A DNA stretch of 64,000 nucleotides from Dehalococcoidia bacterium UBA2160 (GTDB lineage: Bacteria; Chloroflexota; Dehalococcoidia; Lucifugimonadales; UBA1123): NCBI GenBank assembly GCA_002328865.1, contig DCWO01000072.1, positions 8,458-72,457 on the forward strand, written 5' to 3'. A program made the position numbers and the translations under genes. The notes below the pieces were generated by a model that was not told the origin of the DNA, made no database searches, and saw only the letters and a program-made list of their open reading frames with translations. Shown here one piece after another: positions 1 through 9,858 of the stretch (positions within the stretch are counted from its first letter, which is position 1; each line of letters begins with the position of its first letter).

Positions 1-2101
1 GCCCGACGGCCGTGGGCGTCTCCTCGATGACTCGTGCAGTCAGCCCTTCCTCCAGCACGTCCAGCAGCATGTCCTGGTTCAGGTCGTCGATCAACCCATC
101 GAGCTGTTCCAACGTAAACTCGCGGCCTATCACGGAGGCGATCGTAAGCGTTTCGTTGCACTTTCCCGACAGACGGTTTAACCCGCGGCCCAGCACTTCT
201 CGAACGCCCTCAGGGACACGAATCTCCCACGAATCTCGTTCTCGGACGTTCTGCGCGGTCAACTCGCCTTCCTGGACCAGGAGTCGTACCACTTCGGTGC
301 CAAAGAGCGGGTTGCCCTCGGTCTGACTATAAACGGCCTGGGCAAGGCTGCGCGGCGATTCCATGCCAGAGGCAACTTCGATGAATCGACCCACGTCGTC
401 GAAGGACAGACCTCTGAGAACGACACGCTCGAAGCGCCTTTCACGCGTCAACTCCGCCAGGGTCTCGGCCAGCGGGTGCTGACGGTTCAGGTCCACGTCG
501 CGATAAGTCCCGATCAGCAAAAGCCGCGATCCGGATATCTCGCGGGCCAAGAACTGGAGGAGCATGAGTGACGGCACGTCGGACCAGTGCAAATCATCCA
601 GCACAAGCGCCAACGGTCGATTCTGCGATGCGGCTTTCAAGAACGCCACGATAGAGTCGAACAGTCTGAATCGCGCCTGTTCCGGTTTTTCTAGCTGGAC
701 AGCCATCGGCAGGTCTGGCAGGCGGCTTCGAACTTCGGACACGATCTCGGCGACATCGGCGGCGCCCGCGCCCAACTCGGAGTTGAGCCGCTCTGGCTCG
801 CAGTCGCGCACATATAACCGGATCGACTGCACCCAGGGCCAATAGGGCGGCACGCCTTGCTCCTCGTAGCACCGGCCCCACAGCACCTGACATCCCCGGA
901 GTCTGGCGTACGTCGCTAGCTCCTGCGCCGTTCTGGTCTTTCCGATGCCTGGTTCTCCGACGAGAGTGACCATCCGTCCTTTGCCGCCCAATGCGTCTTC
1001 CAAAGCGGCTTTTAGCTGGCCCATCTCAGCTTGGCGTCCTACGAAAACATCGCCAGCTAGGCTGTCGAGGACGTTGGCTTTATCCTTGGCGCCTTGGGCG
1101 GGTTCGTCGGACATCGACAGGTCGATGGACTCCAGGGCAGCGAGCACGTCTGCGGCGCTTTTCGGTCGCTCCGACGGATCCTTGGCAAGCAGGCGCATGA
1201 TGAGCGCCTCCAGAGGCCGAGGGCAGTCAGAGCGGCGCCACGTGGGCGCCACGGGTGGCGTATTGATGTGCTGACCGATGATCGCCACCGAGTCGTCGCC
1301 CAAAAACGGCGGGCGGCCGCAAACCATCTCGTAGATCATGGCGCCGAGCGAGTACAGATCGCTGCGGTCATCGGCAGGCTGTCCCATGGCTTGCTCAGGG
1401 GGAATGTAGCCGGCCGTGCCCAACATCATTCCCTCGGACGTCAACTGAGACCGGTCGATGGTCACCGCGAGTCCGAAGTCGCCAATTCTGGCGGCGCCGT
1501 CGGATGCAATCCATACATTGCCGGGCTTCAAGTCTCGATGAACGACGCCGCTTCCATGGGCAAAGTCCAACCCTCGACTGACATCTTTGGCGATTGCGAC
1601 TGCCTGCTCGAGCGACAACTGTCGCTGGTCTCCTTGGCGCAAGAGAGTGTTCACGTCTCCACCAGCCATGACCGGCATTACCAAGAACGGCTGGCTGTCC
1701 TGGTTCCCGAGGTCGTGAAGCGGCACGATGTTAGGGTGCTCTCCCAACCTGCCCATGGTCTGGGCTTGTCTCAGTATCCGCCTGCGACCGACCTCGTCCA
1801 GTCCTTCGACCTTGATCAGGGCGAAGGCAACGTCGCGGTCCAGCAACTCGTCGTGCGCCAGGTAAACTCGCTTCTTGCCGCCTTCGCCCAGGAATCGCTT
1901 GACCACGTAACGGCCTTTGGAGAATGATGAAGGCCGAAGCCCAGGAATCACGGGCAAACTCGAACTGACGACGGGAGGGACAGGAGCGATGGTTGCCGAA
2001 GAGTCGTCGGACAGGCGGGTCCCGCAGCCGTTGCAGAAATTGGCGTCAGGGACGTTGACTCTCTGGCATTTGGGACATCCCAGATGGAGGCGGCGCCGCA
2101 T
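1..2101 (-). CDS. Ser/Thr protein kinase fused to AAA_16/STAND-type NTPase, N-terminal zinc ribbon; 3' end runs off the window
   Basis: Absent from the ORF track because it has no stop inside the window. The minus frame is open from ATG 2101 to position 1. Translation gives CPKCQRVNVPDANFCNGCG, kinase motifs GEGGKKRVY / HRDLKPGN / DFGLA / GTAGYIPPE, then P-loop GEPGIGKT and LVLDDLHWSD. The frame was checked at three points (2101, 1540 and 580 are all the same mod 3). Confidence 0.85.
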   Translation of the reverse strand, partial: MRRRLHLGCPKCQRVNVPDANFCNGCGTRLSDDSSATIAPVPPVVSSSLPVIPGLRPSSFSKGRYVVKRFLGEGGKKRVYLAHDELLDRDVAFALIKVEGLDEVGRRRILRQAQTMGRLGEHPNIVPLHDLGNQDSQPFLVMPVMAGGDVNTLLRQGDQRQLSLEQAVAIAKDVSRGLDFAHGSGVVHRDLKPGNVWIASDGAARIGDFGLAVTIDRSQLTSEGMMLGTAGYIPPEQAMGQPADDRSDLYSLGAMIYEMVCGRPPFLGDDSVAIIGQHINTPPVAPTWRRSDCPRPLEALIMRLLAKDPSERPKSAADVLAALESIDLSMSDEPAQGAKDKANVLDSLAGDVFVGRQAEMGQLKAALEDALGGKGRMVTLVGEPGIGKTRTAQELATYARLRGCQVLWGRCYEEQGVPPYWPWVQSIRLYVRDCEPERLNSELGAGAADVAEIVSEVRSRLPDLPMAVQLEKPEQARFRLFDSIVAFLKAASQNRPLALVLDDLHWSDVPSLMLLQFLAREISGSRLLLIGTYRDVDLNRQHPLAETLAELTRERRFERVVLRGLSFDDVGRFIEVASGMESPRSLAQAVYSQTEGNPLFGTEVVRLLVQEGELTAQNVRERDSWEIRVPEGVREVLGRGLNRLSGKCNETLTIASVIGREFTLEQLDGLIDDLNQDMLLDVLEEGLTARVIEETPTAVG

Positions 2102-2458
2102 CCGTTGCAAAAGGCTGCGTCGTCAGCGTTTTCGCGTTCGCAACTCGAGCAGAGCATCGGGAAGAGGAGGGCCTCCGGGGCTAATCGTGGGGCGAGTCTA
2201 GCAACGACCATCACGCGCGTCAACCGCTGCCGCATCGCGTGGTCCCCACTTGACGCGGGCGTTGCGTTCGCGAGCCATCGAAGAGTCCCGCGTCACACAA
2301 GTCGCCGTCCAGAAGGCCGAGCTATCAATCGAGTCAGAAACATCGGCAGATTCGAACAATCGTCACGCCTGGCCAGCGAGTGCACTTGCCACCCTCTCTC
2401 ACTCGAAATATAATTCCGCTCGTCAACAAGTATTCGCGATGGAGATCGAGGTGAGGCT

Positions 2459-3514
2459 ATGGAGATAGGGATCGGGCTAGATGCGTCGTTGGGCATGACG
2501 TGGGCAGACCAAACGGAGCTGTCTGACGAATCGGCCAAGCTGGGATATAAAAGCATATGGACACCGGAGGGCAACGGCGTCGATTCGTTCCACTTGTGCG
2601 TCCAGCGCTGGCAGGCGACTAGATCAACGGTGGCCGAAGGGCTCGGCACCGGAATCGGCGTCTCGCCAGTGATGTACCGAACGCCGCTGTCGTTTGCGAT
2701 GGCAGGGGGGACGGTCAGCCAGATCACCGGCGGCAAGTTCGTCATGGGAATCGGCTCAGGTGCGTCGTACCGGCCAAAGTCCAGGCGTGTGGTGGGCCTC
2801 GGCCGGCTGTCCACACTCGCCCTGATGCGTGACTACGTAACCGTGGTCAGGGGATTGGTCAACGGAGACGAGGTGAACTACGAAGGCGAGACCGTGACCC
2901 TTCGCGGAATGTCGCTTGGCATTTCACCCGCCCCCAAAACTCCGGTGTATCTCGGCGCCCTGGGACCGCGAATGCTGGAGCTCGCCGGCGAACTCGCCGA
3001 CGGAGCGTCGCTGAACTGGTGCACTCCGGAGCAAATCGCGTGGAGCCGGGAGCGCGTCGCCGACGGCGCGGCGAAAGCCGGTCGTCAGCCGTCCGAAATC
3101 AATATGACCGAGTACATCCGCATCTGCGTCGACGACGACGTCGATGCCGCGCGGATCGCACTGGCCAAGGCGACGATGACCTACGCGCTGGGCCAGACCG
3201 TGCCGACGGAGCGCGAACGCCAACTCGGTTATCGCGGCCACTTCGAGCGCATGGGCTACACCGAGCAACTGGCGGAACTGGACCAGATGCGGACTCGCGG
3301 CGCCTCGGCGGACGAAGTCGCGGCTGCGTTCCCCGCTGACTTACTGTTGGCGGTGGGCTACTTCGGCAAGGCCGATGGCGCGGCGGCGCATTTCAAACGG
3401 CTGTCGGAAGGTTTAGACACGTCGATCGTTCGCGTCGTTGCCGCCAGGCCGAACATCGATTCGGTCAGGGCCGTCATGACAGCTTGCAGTCCGGACAAGG
3501 TGGCGGCGGCATGA
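2459..3514 (+). CDS. LLM-class (luciferase-like) flavin/F420-dependent oxidoreductase
   Basis: 351-aa ORF with RBS gaggtgagg upstream. The N-terminus MEIGIGLD...LGYKSIWTPEG and overall pattern are typical of luciferase-like monooxygenase family proteins. Confidence 0.85.
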   Translation: MEIGIGLDASLGMTWADQTELSDESAKLGYKSIWTPEGNGVDSFHLCVQRWQATRSTVAEGLGTGIGVSPVMYRTPLSFAMAGGTVSQITGGKFVMGIGSGASYRPKSRRVVGLGRLSTLALMRDYVTVVRGLVNGDEVNYEGETVTLRGMSLGISPAPKTPVYLGALGPRMLELAGELADGASLNWCTPEQIAWSRERVADGAAKAGRQPSEINMTEYIRICVDDDVDAARIALAKATMTYALGQTVPTERERQLGYRGHFERMGYTEQLAELDQMRTRGASADEVAAAFPADLLLAVGYFGKADGAAAHFKRLSEGLDTSIVRVVAARPNIDSVRAVMTACSPDKVAAA

Positions 3515-3667
3515 GGAGGGGAGGGCCCGGTCTTCAGATCATGCCTGAGGCAGATTCGCCCAAGGCGAGCCGAGGCCAACGCCTCAGCCTGCCGGTGCTC
3601 TGGCCCCGATTGTATCGGAGCCAAGCCGACCAACGCCAATGCTGGTAACAATCACAGGAGCCGGGCG

Positions 3668-4576
3668 ATGAGCGCACAACGAGTTGGGTCAGGGTCGCAC
3701 ACCTACGAGGTCGTGCCGAATTGGGCCAAGGTCCCAGAGGGGTTGAGCGCGCCCATGGCTGCCGTAACCGTCGATTCGCAGGACCGAGTCTACGGCTTCA
3801 ACCGCGGCAGTCGCGGCGTGATTGTCTTCGACAGAAACGGCACTCGCGTGTCGGATTGGAGCGAGACGGATTTCGCCTTCCCTCACGCCATCTACGCCGA
3901 CCGCCAGGACAACATCTGGATCGTCGATCGCAATGGCGGACAGGTCCTCAAGTTCACCTCCAAAGGTGAACCTTTGCTTTCTCTTGGCAAGAAAGGCTAT
4001 CGGTCGGACACCGGCGCCGACAACTCCGTTTTCAGTTCGGCCGGCTACCGGGAGGTGACCCACCCGGGTGGTCCGTTCAACCTGCCTGCGGGCGTCGCGG
4101 TGGGGCCGTCCGGCGAGATATTCGTGGCCGACGGATACGCCAACTGCCAGGTGCACAAGTTCACACCCGGAGGCGAGCATCTGATGTCCTGGGGCCAACC
4201 TGGTTCCGGACCCGGCCAGTTCATGCTGCCACACGGCATCTGGATCGACTCCAGGGACCGTGTGCTGGTGGCGGACCGCGAGAACAACCGCATTCAGGCG
4301 TTCTCGCAGAAGGGCGAATTCCTGGAGCAGTGGCCGGCCGAGCTCGACGGTCCTGCCGTCGTATACGTTGACGATGACGACATCGTCTATGTCGCCGAGC
4401 ACAATGGCGGTTTCTTCAGCATCCTGACGTTGGACGGGGAGACGCTGGCTCGATGGGGCGGCCCGGAGTACCGCAGTTGCCACGGGGCCGCCGTGGATTC
4501 AGAGGGCAGCATCTACTTCGTCCAACCCGTGCCCGGCGGAGAGGGCCGACGGTTGGTGAAGTACATCCGCGTCTGA
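3668..4576 (+). CDS. NHL-repeat six-bladed beta-propeller protein (peptidyl-alpha-hydroxyglycine lyase-like)
   Basis: 302-aa ORF with RBS aggag. Repeated motifs of the kind D..G.I.V.D..N.R.. (IWIVDRNGGQVLKF, IFVADGYANCQVHKF, VLVADRENNRIQAF, VYVAEHNGG). Confidence 0.75.
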   Translation: MSAQRVGSGSHTYEVVPNWAKVPEGLSAPMAAVTVDSQDRVYGFNRGSRGVIVFDRNGTRVSDWSETDFAFPHAIYADRQDNIWIVDRNGGQVLKFTSKGEPLLSLGKKGYRSDTGADNSVFSSAGYREVTHPGGPFNLPAGVAVGPSGEIFVADGYANCQVHKFTPGGEHLMSWGQPGSGPGQFMLPHGIWIDSRDRVLVADRENNRIQAFSQKGEFLEQWPAELDGPAVVYVDDDDIVYVAEHNGGFFSILTLDGETLARWGGPEYRSCHGAAVDSEGSIYFVQPVPGGEGRRLVKYIRV

Positions 4577-4592
4577 AGGTACGGAGGAGAGC

Positions 4593-5456
4593 ATGGTCAA
4601 CAGCTTATCTGACATCGTCGAAGGATCGGAGCCGCAACAACTCGCCACGGGGTACGTGTTCACCGAGGGGCCGTTGTGGCATCCGGACGGATACTGGCTG
4701 TTCGTCGATATCCGACAAAGCCTGATCATCCGACTGGCGCCTGGCGGACAACCGGCGCACGAGCGCGAGGACAGCAACGAATCCAACGGCCTCACCTTCG
4801 ACCTGCAAGGGCGCTTGGTCATGTGCGAAGGCGGCGCCCGTCGAGTGACCCGAAGAGAGCCGGACGGCTCGATCACGGTCGTGGCCGATCGATACGACGG
4901 CAAGCGGCTTAACCGCCCAAACGACGTCATAGGCCGCTCCGACGGCACGTTGTACTTCACCGACCCCGGCGGCAGGCTCGAAGCGCCCGAACGCGAGATC
5001 GATTGCAACGGCGTCTACTCCGTGTCGCCGGACGGCAGCGTGTCGTTGCTGATCGACGACTTCGAGTTGCCCAACGGACTCGCGTTCTCGCCTGACGAGA
5101 CGACGCTGTACGTCGCCAACACCCGGGCGGCCATGGAGATCCGGGCGTTCGACGTAGCGGCAGACGGTTCGGTCTCGGGCGGCCGACTGTTCGCGGAATT
5201 TGCTTCCGACGAGCCGGACGGCGTCCCGGACGGCATGAAAGTGGACGTGGACGGCAGGGTGTACTGCACCGGACCGGGCGGCCACTGGGTATTCGATTCC
5301 GACGGCGCCCACATCGGAACTATTCGCCTGCCTGAGCTTCCAGCGAACTGCGCCTGGGGAGGGCCGGACAACAAGACGATGCTCTTCACCGCGCGAACCT
5401 CTGTCTACAGCCTCGAAATGAAAACCGCCGGCACGCGGACGCCGATGAAAGATTGA
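4593..5456 (+). CDS. SMP-30/gluconolactonase/LRE family protein
   Basis: 287-aa ORF with RBS ggaggag. Motifs EGPLWHPDG, LNRPNDV, DGTLYFTDP, PNGLAFSPDE, PDGMKVD. Confidence 0.85.
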   Translation: MVNSLSDIVEGSEPQQLATGYVFTEGPLWHPDGYWLFVDIRQSLIIRLAPGGQPAHEREDSNESNGLTFDLQGRLVMCEGGARRVTRREPDGSITVVADRYDGKRLNRPNDVIGRSDGTLYFTDPGGRLEAPEREIDCNGVYSVSPDGSVSLLIDDFELPNGLAFSPDETTLYVANTRAAMEIRAFDVAADGSVSGGRLFAEFASDEPDGVPDGMKVDVDGRVYCTGPGGHWVFDSDGAHIGTIRLPELPANCAWGGPDNKTMLFTARTSVYSLEMKTAGTRTPMKD

Positions 5457-5480
5457 GCGCGCCAGTGAAGGACGGCCCTG

Positions 5481-6419
5481 ATGCCTGATCTGTTGAGCAT
5501 CGGCGAGTGCATGGTCGAGCTGTTCTCGGACCAGCCGATCGAGGAAGCCGACACCTTCACGCGTTCGCTGGCGGGCGACAGCTTCAACCTGTTGGTGGCC
5601 GCCCAACGACTGGGAACCAGCACCGGCTACATCACGAGGCTAGGCGATGACCCCTTCGCCGGATATCTCCTCAACACGTGGCAGAGTGAGGGCATCGACA
5701 CGGCGGCGGTAAAGACCGTCGCCGGATTCAACGCGATGCACTTCGTGGCCTTGCTGCAGGGCGGAGAGCGCGAGTTCGTCTACTATCGCAAGGGCAGCGC
5801 CCCGAGCACCATGCATCCGGACGATCTCGATCCCGAATACATAGGCGCCGCGAAGATCCAGCATCTCAGCGGGATCACTCAGGCCATTTCCTCCAGCGCA
5901 AGGGCGACGGTGCTGAAGGCTGCGCAGATCGCGAAAGACAAAGGCGTGGCCGTTTCGTACGACCCCAACTATCGCCACCAACTCTGGAGCCACGATGACG
6001 CCCGGGAGGCAATGGAGGAAGTCTTGCCCTACGTCGACTACATGCTGCCTGGGGCGCCAGCCGACTCCAGCGTACTCCTTGGCACGGACGACGCGCACGA
6101 AACGGTCCGCTACTTTCGAGACCGGGGCGTCCCAGTCGTGGCTGTCACCCGAGGGGAACTGGGCGCGGTGGTCGGTTCGGGGGACGGCGTCTTCGAAGTG
6201 CCCGCCTACAGGCCCGACGGCCCAATCGATACGACCGCCGCCGGCGACGCGTTCAAGGGCGGGTTCGTCCACGGCACGCTGTCCGGAATGAGCCTGGAAG
6301 ACGCCGCCCGGCTCGGCACGGTGACGGCCGGTCTCAAACTGCGGGGCCGCGGCGCCCTCACCGGCATGCCGTATCGCGATGAAGTGTTCGCCGTTCTGGC
6401 AGGGCTGAACCAGGCGTAA
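5481..6419 (+). CDS. PfkB-family sugar kinase (2-dehydro-3-deoxygluconokinase-like)
   Basis: 312-aa ORF. N-terminus LLSIGECMVELF and C-terminal DTTAAGDAF motif of ribokinase/PfkB kinases. Confidence 0.8.
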   Translation: MPDLLSIGECMVELFSDQPIEEADTFTRSLAGDSFNLLVAAQRLGTSTGYITRLGDDPFAGYLLNTWQSEGIDTAAVKTVAGFNAMHFVALLQGGEREFVYYRKGSAPSTMHPDDLDPEYIGAAKIQHLSGITQAISSSARATVLKAAQIAKDKGVAVSYDPNYRHQLWSHDDAREAMEEVLPYVDYMLPGAPADSSVLLGTDDAHETVRYFRDRGVPVVAVTRGELGAVVGSGDGVFEVPAYRPDGPIDTTAAGDAFKGGFVHGTLSGMSLEDAARLGTVTAGLKLRGRGALTGMPYRDEVFAVLAGLNQA

Positions 6420-6428
6420 CCCTCGATT

Positions 6429-7499
6429 TCATCCCTGCAGCAACCGGGCTGTGTTGCCGCCGCAGATCTTGTCCATGTCCGCCTTTGAGATGAAATCACA
6501 ATGGAGTCGCAGGTAGTCCAGCGATTGCTTATACGTGCAGAAGCGCTCCACGTTGGGCAGATCTGAACCCCAAATCAAATGATCCGGCCCAAGGCGCTCG
6601 TAGTACTGGCGGATGATGGCTTGTCCTTCTTCGAAGGGGTACTCCCAGAGGTGACCTTGCAAGATCGGCATCAACACTTCTGTCAGCACGTTTGGAGCTT
6701 CGAGCGGTTCCCACACATCCTCTGAAATCACGATGCTGCCGCTGCTGTCCATGAAACGGTACAAAGGCAAACCGTGTGTGTAGACCGATGGGATGTCAGG
6801 GCGCCGTTTCAGCCATCTCCCAAAGGCGGCGTGCCCGGCAAAGTAACCTTCGTTGCCTCGCAGGTCTGAGGTGATGTTCCAGAACACGGGAATGCCAAGT
6901 TGCCGCACGCGGTCCCAGAACGGGTCGAAAATGGGATCGTCCACCGTTTCCTTGCGGCCTTGGCGCCCCAAGTTTCCGGTGTTGAAAAAGAGGCCGTGCA
7001 AGCCTAGCTCCCGGATCGCTGTTTCCAGCTCGCGGACCTGATCGGGCTGGTCGATTCGCCATTCATCGACCATCGCCAAGCCCCAGAACCTGTCGGGGTC
7101 TGTGCGAACGGCGTCTGAGATAAACCGGTTGAGCCGTCCATAGGTGTGCCCCGTTTGAATCACGGCCTTGTCGACACCCACGTAATCCATGTGGGCGGCA
7201 ATCATCTCCGGAGTCGATTCGAGATTCGACATCGACACCGGCAGGTATTGCCTGGAGTAATCGATCCCGCGGGCGGTCCAAAGGAATCTACCGTACGTGC
7301 CGCCTCTGAACTGAAGTTCGTCCGGGTCGTCGTCTTCGTGCCAGTCGGCCCCCGTCACAACGCTGTTGTCGTCCAGGCGTCGTCCCTCGGACCGGTGGAA
7401 CATCAGCCACTGGACGAAACGCATGTGATCGGCGGTCGATCGGAACCCTGAAGGCCCGCCCATCGGAGGGAAGACATGCACGTGGCAATCTACAACCAT
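6429..7499 (-). CDS. Amidohydrolase-2 family metal-dependent hydrolase
   Basis: 356-aa ORF beginning MVVDCHVHVFPP (metal-binding HxH) and ending with the WGSDLP motif. Confidence 0.8.
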   Translation of the reverse strand: MVVDCHVHVFPPMGGPSGFRSTADHMRFVQWLMFHRSEGRRLDDNSVVTGADWHEDDDPDELQFRGGTYGRFLWTARGIDYSRQYLPVSMSNLESTPEMIAAHMDYVGVDKAVIQTGHTYGRLNRFISDAVRTDPDRFWGLAMVDEWRIDQPDQVRELETAIRELGLHGLFFNTGNLGRQGRKETVDDPIFDPFWDRVRQLGIPVFWNITSDLRGNEGYFAGHAAFGRWLKRRPDIPSVYTHGLPLYRFMDSSGSIVISEDVWEPLEAPNVLTEVLMPILQGHLWEYPFEEGQAIIRQYYERLGPDHLIWGSDLPNVERFCTYKQSLDYLRLHCDFISKADMDKICGGNTARLLQG

Positions 7500-7524
7500 G
7501 TCGCGCCTTCTGCCTGCGAGTCGC

Positions 7525-7845
7525 CTACTCCGGGCCGGCGAAGAAATCGGCGCCTTGCATGATCATGTCCTGCTGCTTCACGATAAGTCCGCGTACTCGG
7601 GGCACGTACTCGTTGACCCATCGAGGGTCTGCCTGGACGGCTTTTCGGGCGTTCTCGAAGTGGTCGTAGCTCTCGTAGGCCCAAATGTGCACGACCCTGT
7701 TCAACGTTCCCACGTCGGTGTAGTACCAGCCCGCAAGCTTTACCCCGTGATCTCTCCTGATCGGCAAAGCCAACTCGCGTACCGCCGCCATGTACTGGGG
7801 CACGGCGCCAAGTTGCAGATCGTAGGTCCTCATGTCGTATATCAT
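7525..7845 (-). CDS. NIPSNAP family protein
   Basis: MIYDMRTYDL...GVKLAGWYYTDVGTLNRVVHIWAYESYDHFE is typical NIPSNAP. I prefer the internal ATG at 7845 over the track start 7878. Confidence 0.75.
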   Translation of the reverse strand: MIYDMRTYDLQLGAVPQYMAAVRELALPIRRDHGVKLAGWYYTDVGTLNRVVHIWAYESYDHFENARKAVQADPRWVNEYVPRVRGLIVKQQDMIMQGADFFAGPE

Positions 7846-7991
7846 GCACCTTATCCTTTTCGATTCAGGCTCGAACACCAGAGCCCGTCAAACGTCAACG
7901 TGATGCCGGCGATGCCGACCGCCCGACCGATGGCTTGGCTCCGATCCTACCGTGAGGACTCCAACAAAAGAGGCGCTTCGGGCGTATCCAG

Positions 7992-8405
7992 CTAGCTTCC
8001 AGCGGCGCCCTTGAATTCGATCACCTTGTCGGGATGCAGGGTGATCGTCGCGGAGTCGGAGCCGGACGAACTAGCGCTGTATGCGCGGCCGCGCTCTTCA
8101 CCCAAGTAGCGTGTCGCCAGGCGAAGTCTTGCAGCGTCGTCGAGCCCGGGGCCGATCTCTGCGCGGCCCTGGATCATTGCGGCGTGGTACGGCAGGTCGC
8201 GCCGATCGATGATCAGGGTGGCCTTGCCCTGTCGTTCGATGTTGCGTACCTTCTGCGCAGTCCGGCCAGCGCTGATGATGAACACTCCGTTTTCGTACAG
8301 GTACCAAATAGGCATGCCGTGCGCCTGTCCGTCGGGGTTGACCGTGGCCAGAACGCCCAGGTTGGGTTCTGAATAAAGCGCTTCGAGGTCAAACTTTGTC
8401 GTCAT
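7992..8405 (-). CDS. Pyridoxamine 5'-phosphate oxidase family (PPOX-class, probably F420-dependent) protein
   Basis: LGVLATVNPDGQAHGMPIWYLYENGVFIISAGRTAQKVRNIERQGKATL matches the PPOX split-barrel pattern. Start taken at MTTKF. Confidence 0.8.
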   Translation of the reverse strand: MTTKFDLEALYSEPNLGVLATVNPDGQAHGMPIWYLYENGVFIISAGRTAQKVRNIERQGKATLIIDRRDLPYHAAMIQGRAEIGPGLDDAARLRLATRYLGEERGRAYSASSSGSDSATITLHPDKVIEFKGAAGS

Positions 8406-8565
8406 AGCAAAATCGCTCCCCAAGTTGATGATGAGCCGAGTCTAGCAACAGCGTTCGGCGTCCGTCAATCGGTCGCTTGCGACGGTCCGAAAGCCGCGTC
8501 AGTAAAGTCGCTGTGCTACACTGGCGACGCGTCTCGGAAGGACGACTGTTCTGGAGGATCAGACC

Positions 8566-9318
8566 ATGAGAATGGCGGGCAAAACGGCGTTCATCAGCGG
8601 CGGAGCCAGGGGGCTCGGGGAGGCGCACGCCCGCCTGCTTGCCTCCGAAGGCGCCAAGGTCGCGTTAGGCGATTTACTGGAGGGAGAAGGGCGTCAGGTC
8701 GTCGCGGACATCCAGGAAGGCGGAGGCGACGCGATGTTCGTTAGGCTGGACGTCACCAGCGAATCGGATTGGCAGCAAGCCATCGCCGCGACCGTGGATC
8801 GATTCGGAAGCCTGAACGTGATCGTCAACAACGCCGGGGTCAGCGGCTACGGACTTGTAGAGGACACCTCGGTCGAAGAGTGGGATCGAGTCCTCGACAT
8901 CAACGCCAAGGGCGTGTTCCTCGGCATCAAGACCGCCATCCCCGAGTTGCGAAAAGCGGGCGGCGGGTCGATTGTCAACATATCATCGCAGATGGGGATC
9001 GTCGGTTCGCCGATGTCCAGCCCGCAGTACCAGTCCTCGAAGGCTGCCGTGCGACTGTTGACCAAAACCACGGCCGTTCAGTACGCCAAGGAAGGCATCC
9101 GATGCAACTCGGTGCACCCCGGCCCGATCTTCACGAAGATGACCGAGCCTCGGCGAGCGGACCCTGAGGTGTACGGCCAAATGCTGGCGGCGATACCGAT
9201 GGGCCGATACGGCCAACCTATCGAGATCGCCAACGCGGTCTTGTACCTTGCGTCGGACGAGGCGTCATTCGTTACCGGCAGCGAACTCGTGGTGGACGGC
9301 GGTTGGACGGCGCAGTAG
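8566..9318 (+). CDS. SDR family oxidoreductase
   Basis: 250 aa with RBS ggagga. TGGARGLG cofactor motif, NNAG, catalytic YxxxK (YQSSK). Confidence 0.9.
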   Translation: MRMAGKTAFISGGARGLGEAHARLLASEGAKVALGDLLEGEGRQVVADIQEGGGDAMFVRLDVTSESDWQQAIAATVDRFGSLNVIVNNAGVSGYGLVEDTSVEEWDRVLDINAKGVFLGIKTAIPELRKAGGGSIVNISSQMGIVGSPMSSPQYQSSKAAVRLLTKTTAVQYAKEGIRCNSVHPGPIFTKMTEPRRADPEVYGQMLAAIPMGRYGQPIEIANAVLYLASDEASFVTGSELVVDGGWTAQ

Positions 9319-9325
9319 CGTAGCC

Positions 9326-9842
9326 GTCAGCTATCAGCCGTCCGCTTTCAGATGTCGATTGGCAGTCATTTGAGGTCCAAGTGGCGAATTCTTGGTGTAT
9401 TGATTCGCGGATGAGATATTGAACCGGGCCAGCCCCAGAGATTTCAGAGGCCTCGATGTTTGGCGGAAGAGCCACGAATTGGCCTTGGTTGTGTACAAAG
9501 CCACGTCTGGGTTCCCTCCGAGCGAACAATACGGTCTGACTAGCCAGGCACGAAGATCGGCTTTCTCGATCCCGTCGAACATCGCCGAGGGTTGTGGCCG
9601 AGGGGGAGATGCAGAGTTCGCGCGTTTTTGTCAGATCGCGTTGGGGTCGGCCAGCGAGCTTGAGTACCAGTTGCTGTTGGCCGGAGAACTGAGATACCTC
9701 TCTCGTGATGAACACGAGAGATTGTCATCCAAGGTCATCGAAGTCAAGAAGATGCTGACCGCATTTATCCGACGCATTCGGAGCGACCGCGTACGCTGAG
9801 ATGTGAATGCTGAATGCTGCCCCCTGATAGCTGATAGCTGAC
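9326..9842. mobile_element. Putative miniature cassette: four-helix-bundle gene bounded by perfect 13-bp inverted repeats
   Basis: gtcagctatcagc (9326-9338) is the exact reverse complement of gctgatagctgac (9830-9842). The segment fills almost the whole SDR/enolase intergenic gap and has lower GC than its flanks. Confidence 0.35.
9419..9799 (+). CDS. Four-helix-bundle protein (23S rRNA intervening-sequence protein / Avd-like family)
   Basis: 126 aa with a TTG start. FRGLDVWRKSHELALVVYKAT..FP..E.YGLTSQARRSAFSIPSNIAEG is the hallmark of the TIGR02436-type family. Confidence 0.85.
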   Translation: MNRASPRDFRGLDVWRKSHELALVVYKATSGFPPSEQYGLTSQARRSAFSIPSNIAEGCGRGGDAEFARFCQIALGSASELEYQLLLAGELRYLSRDEHERLSSKVIEVKKMLTAFIRRIRSDRVR

Positions 9843-9858
9843 AGCTAATAGTCGATAG
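9824..9858 (+). repeat. Five tandem heptamers (CTGATAG CTGATAG CTGACAG CTAATAG TCGATAG)
   Basis: Read directly. It is preceded by a tandem TGAATGC TGAATGC at 9804-9817. Inverted copies of the heptamer (ccgtcag ctatcag) lie at 9324-9337. Confidence 0.9.

Noticed and set aside
1094-1927. 277-aa plus-strand ORF, with neighbours 12..326, 564..845 and 945..1274
   Set aside because: These are antisense to a clearly recognisable kinase/AAA ATPase reading frame. Their composition is Arg/Gly/Ala/His-rich with no motifs, as expected for high-GC shadow ORFs.
9419-9799. Avd-like gene as part of a diversity-generating retroelement
   Set aside because: There is no reverse transcriptase gene and no template/variable repeat pair anywhere in the window. 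The flanking repeats are short heptamers, not TR/VR.
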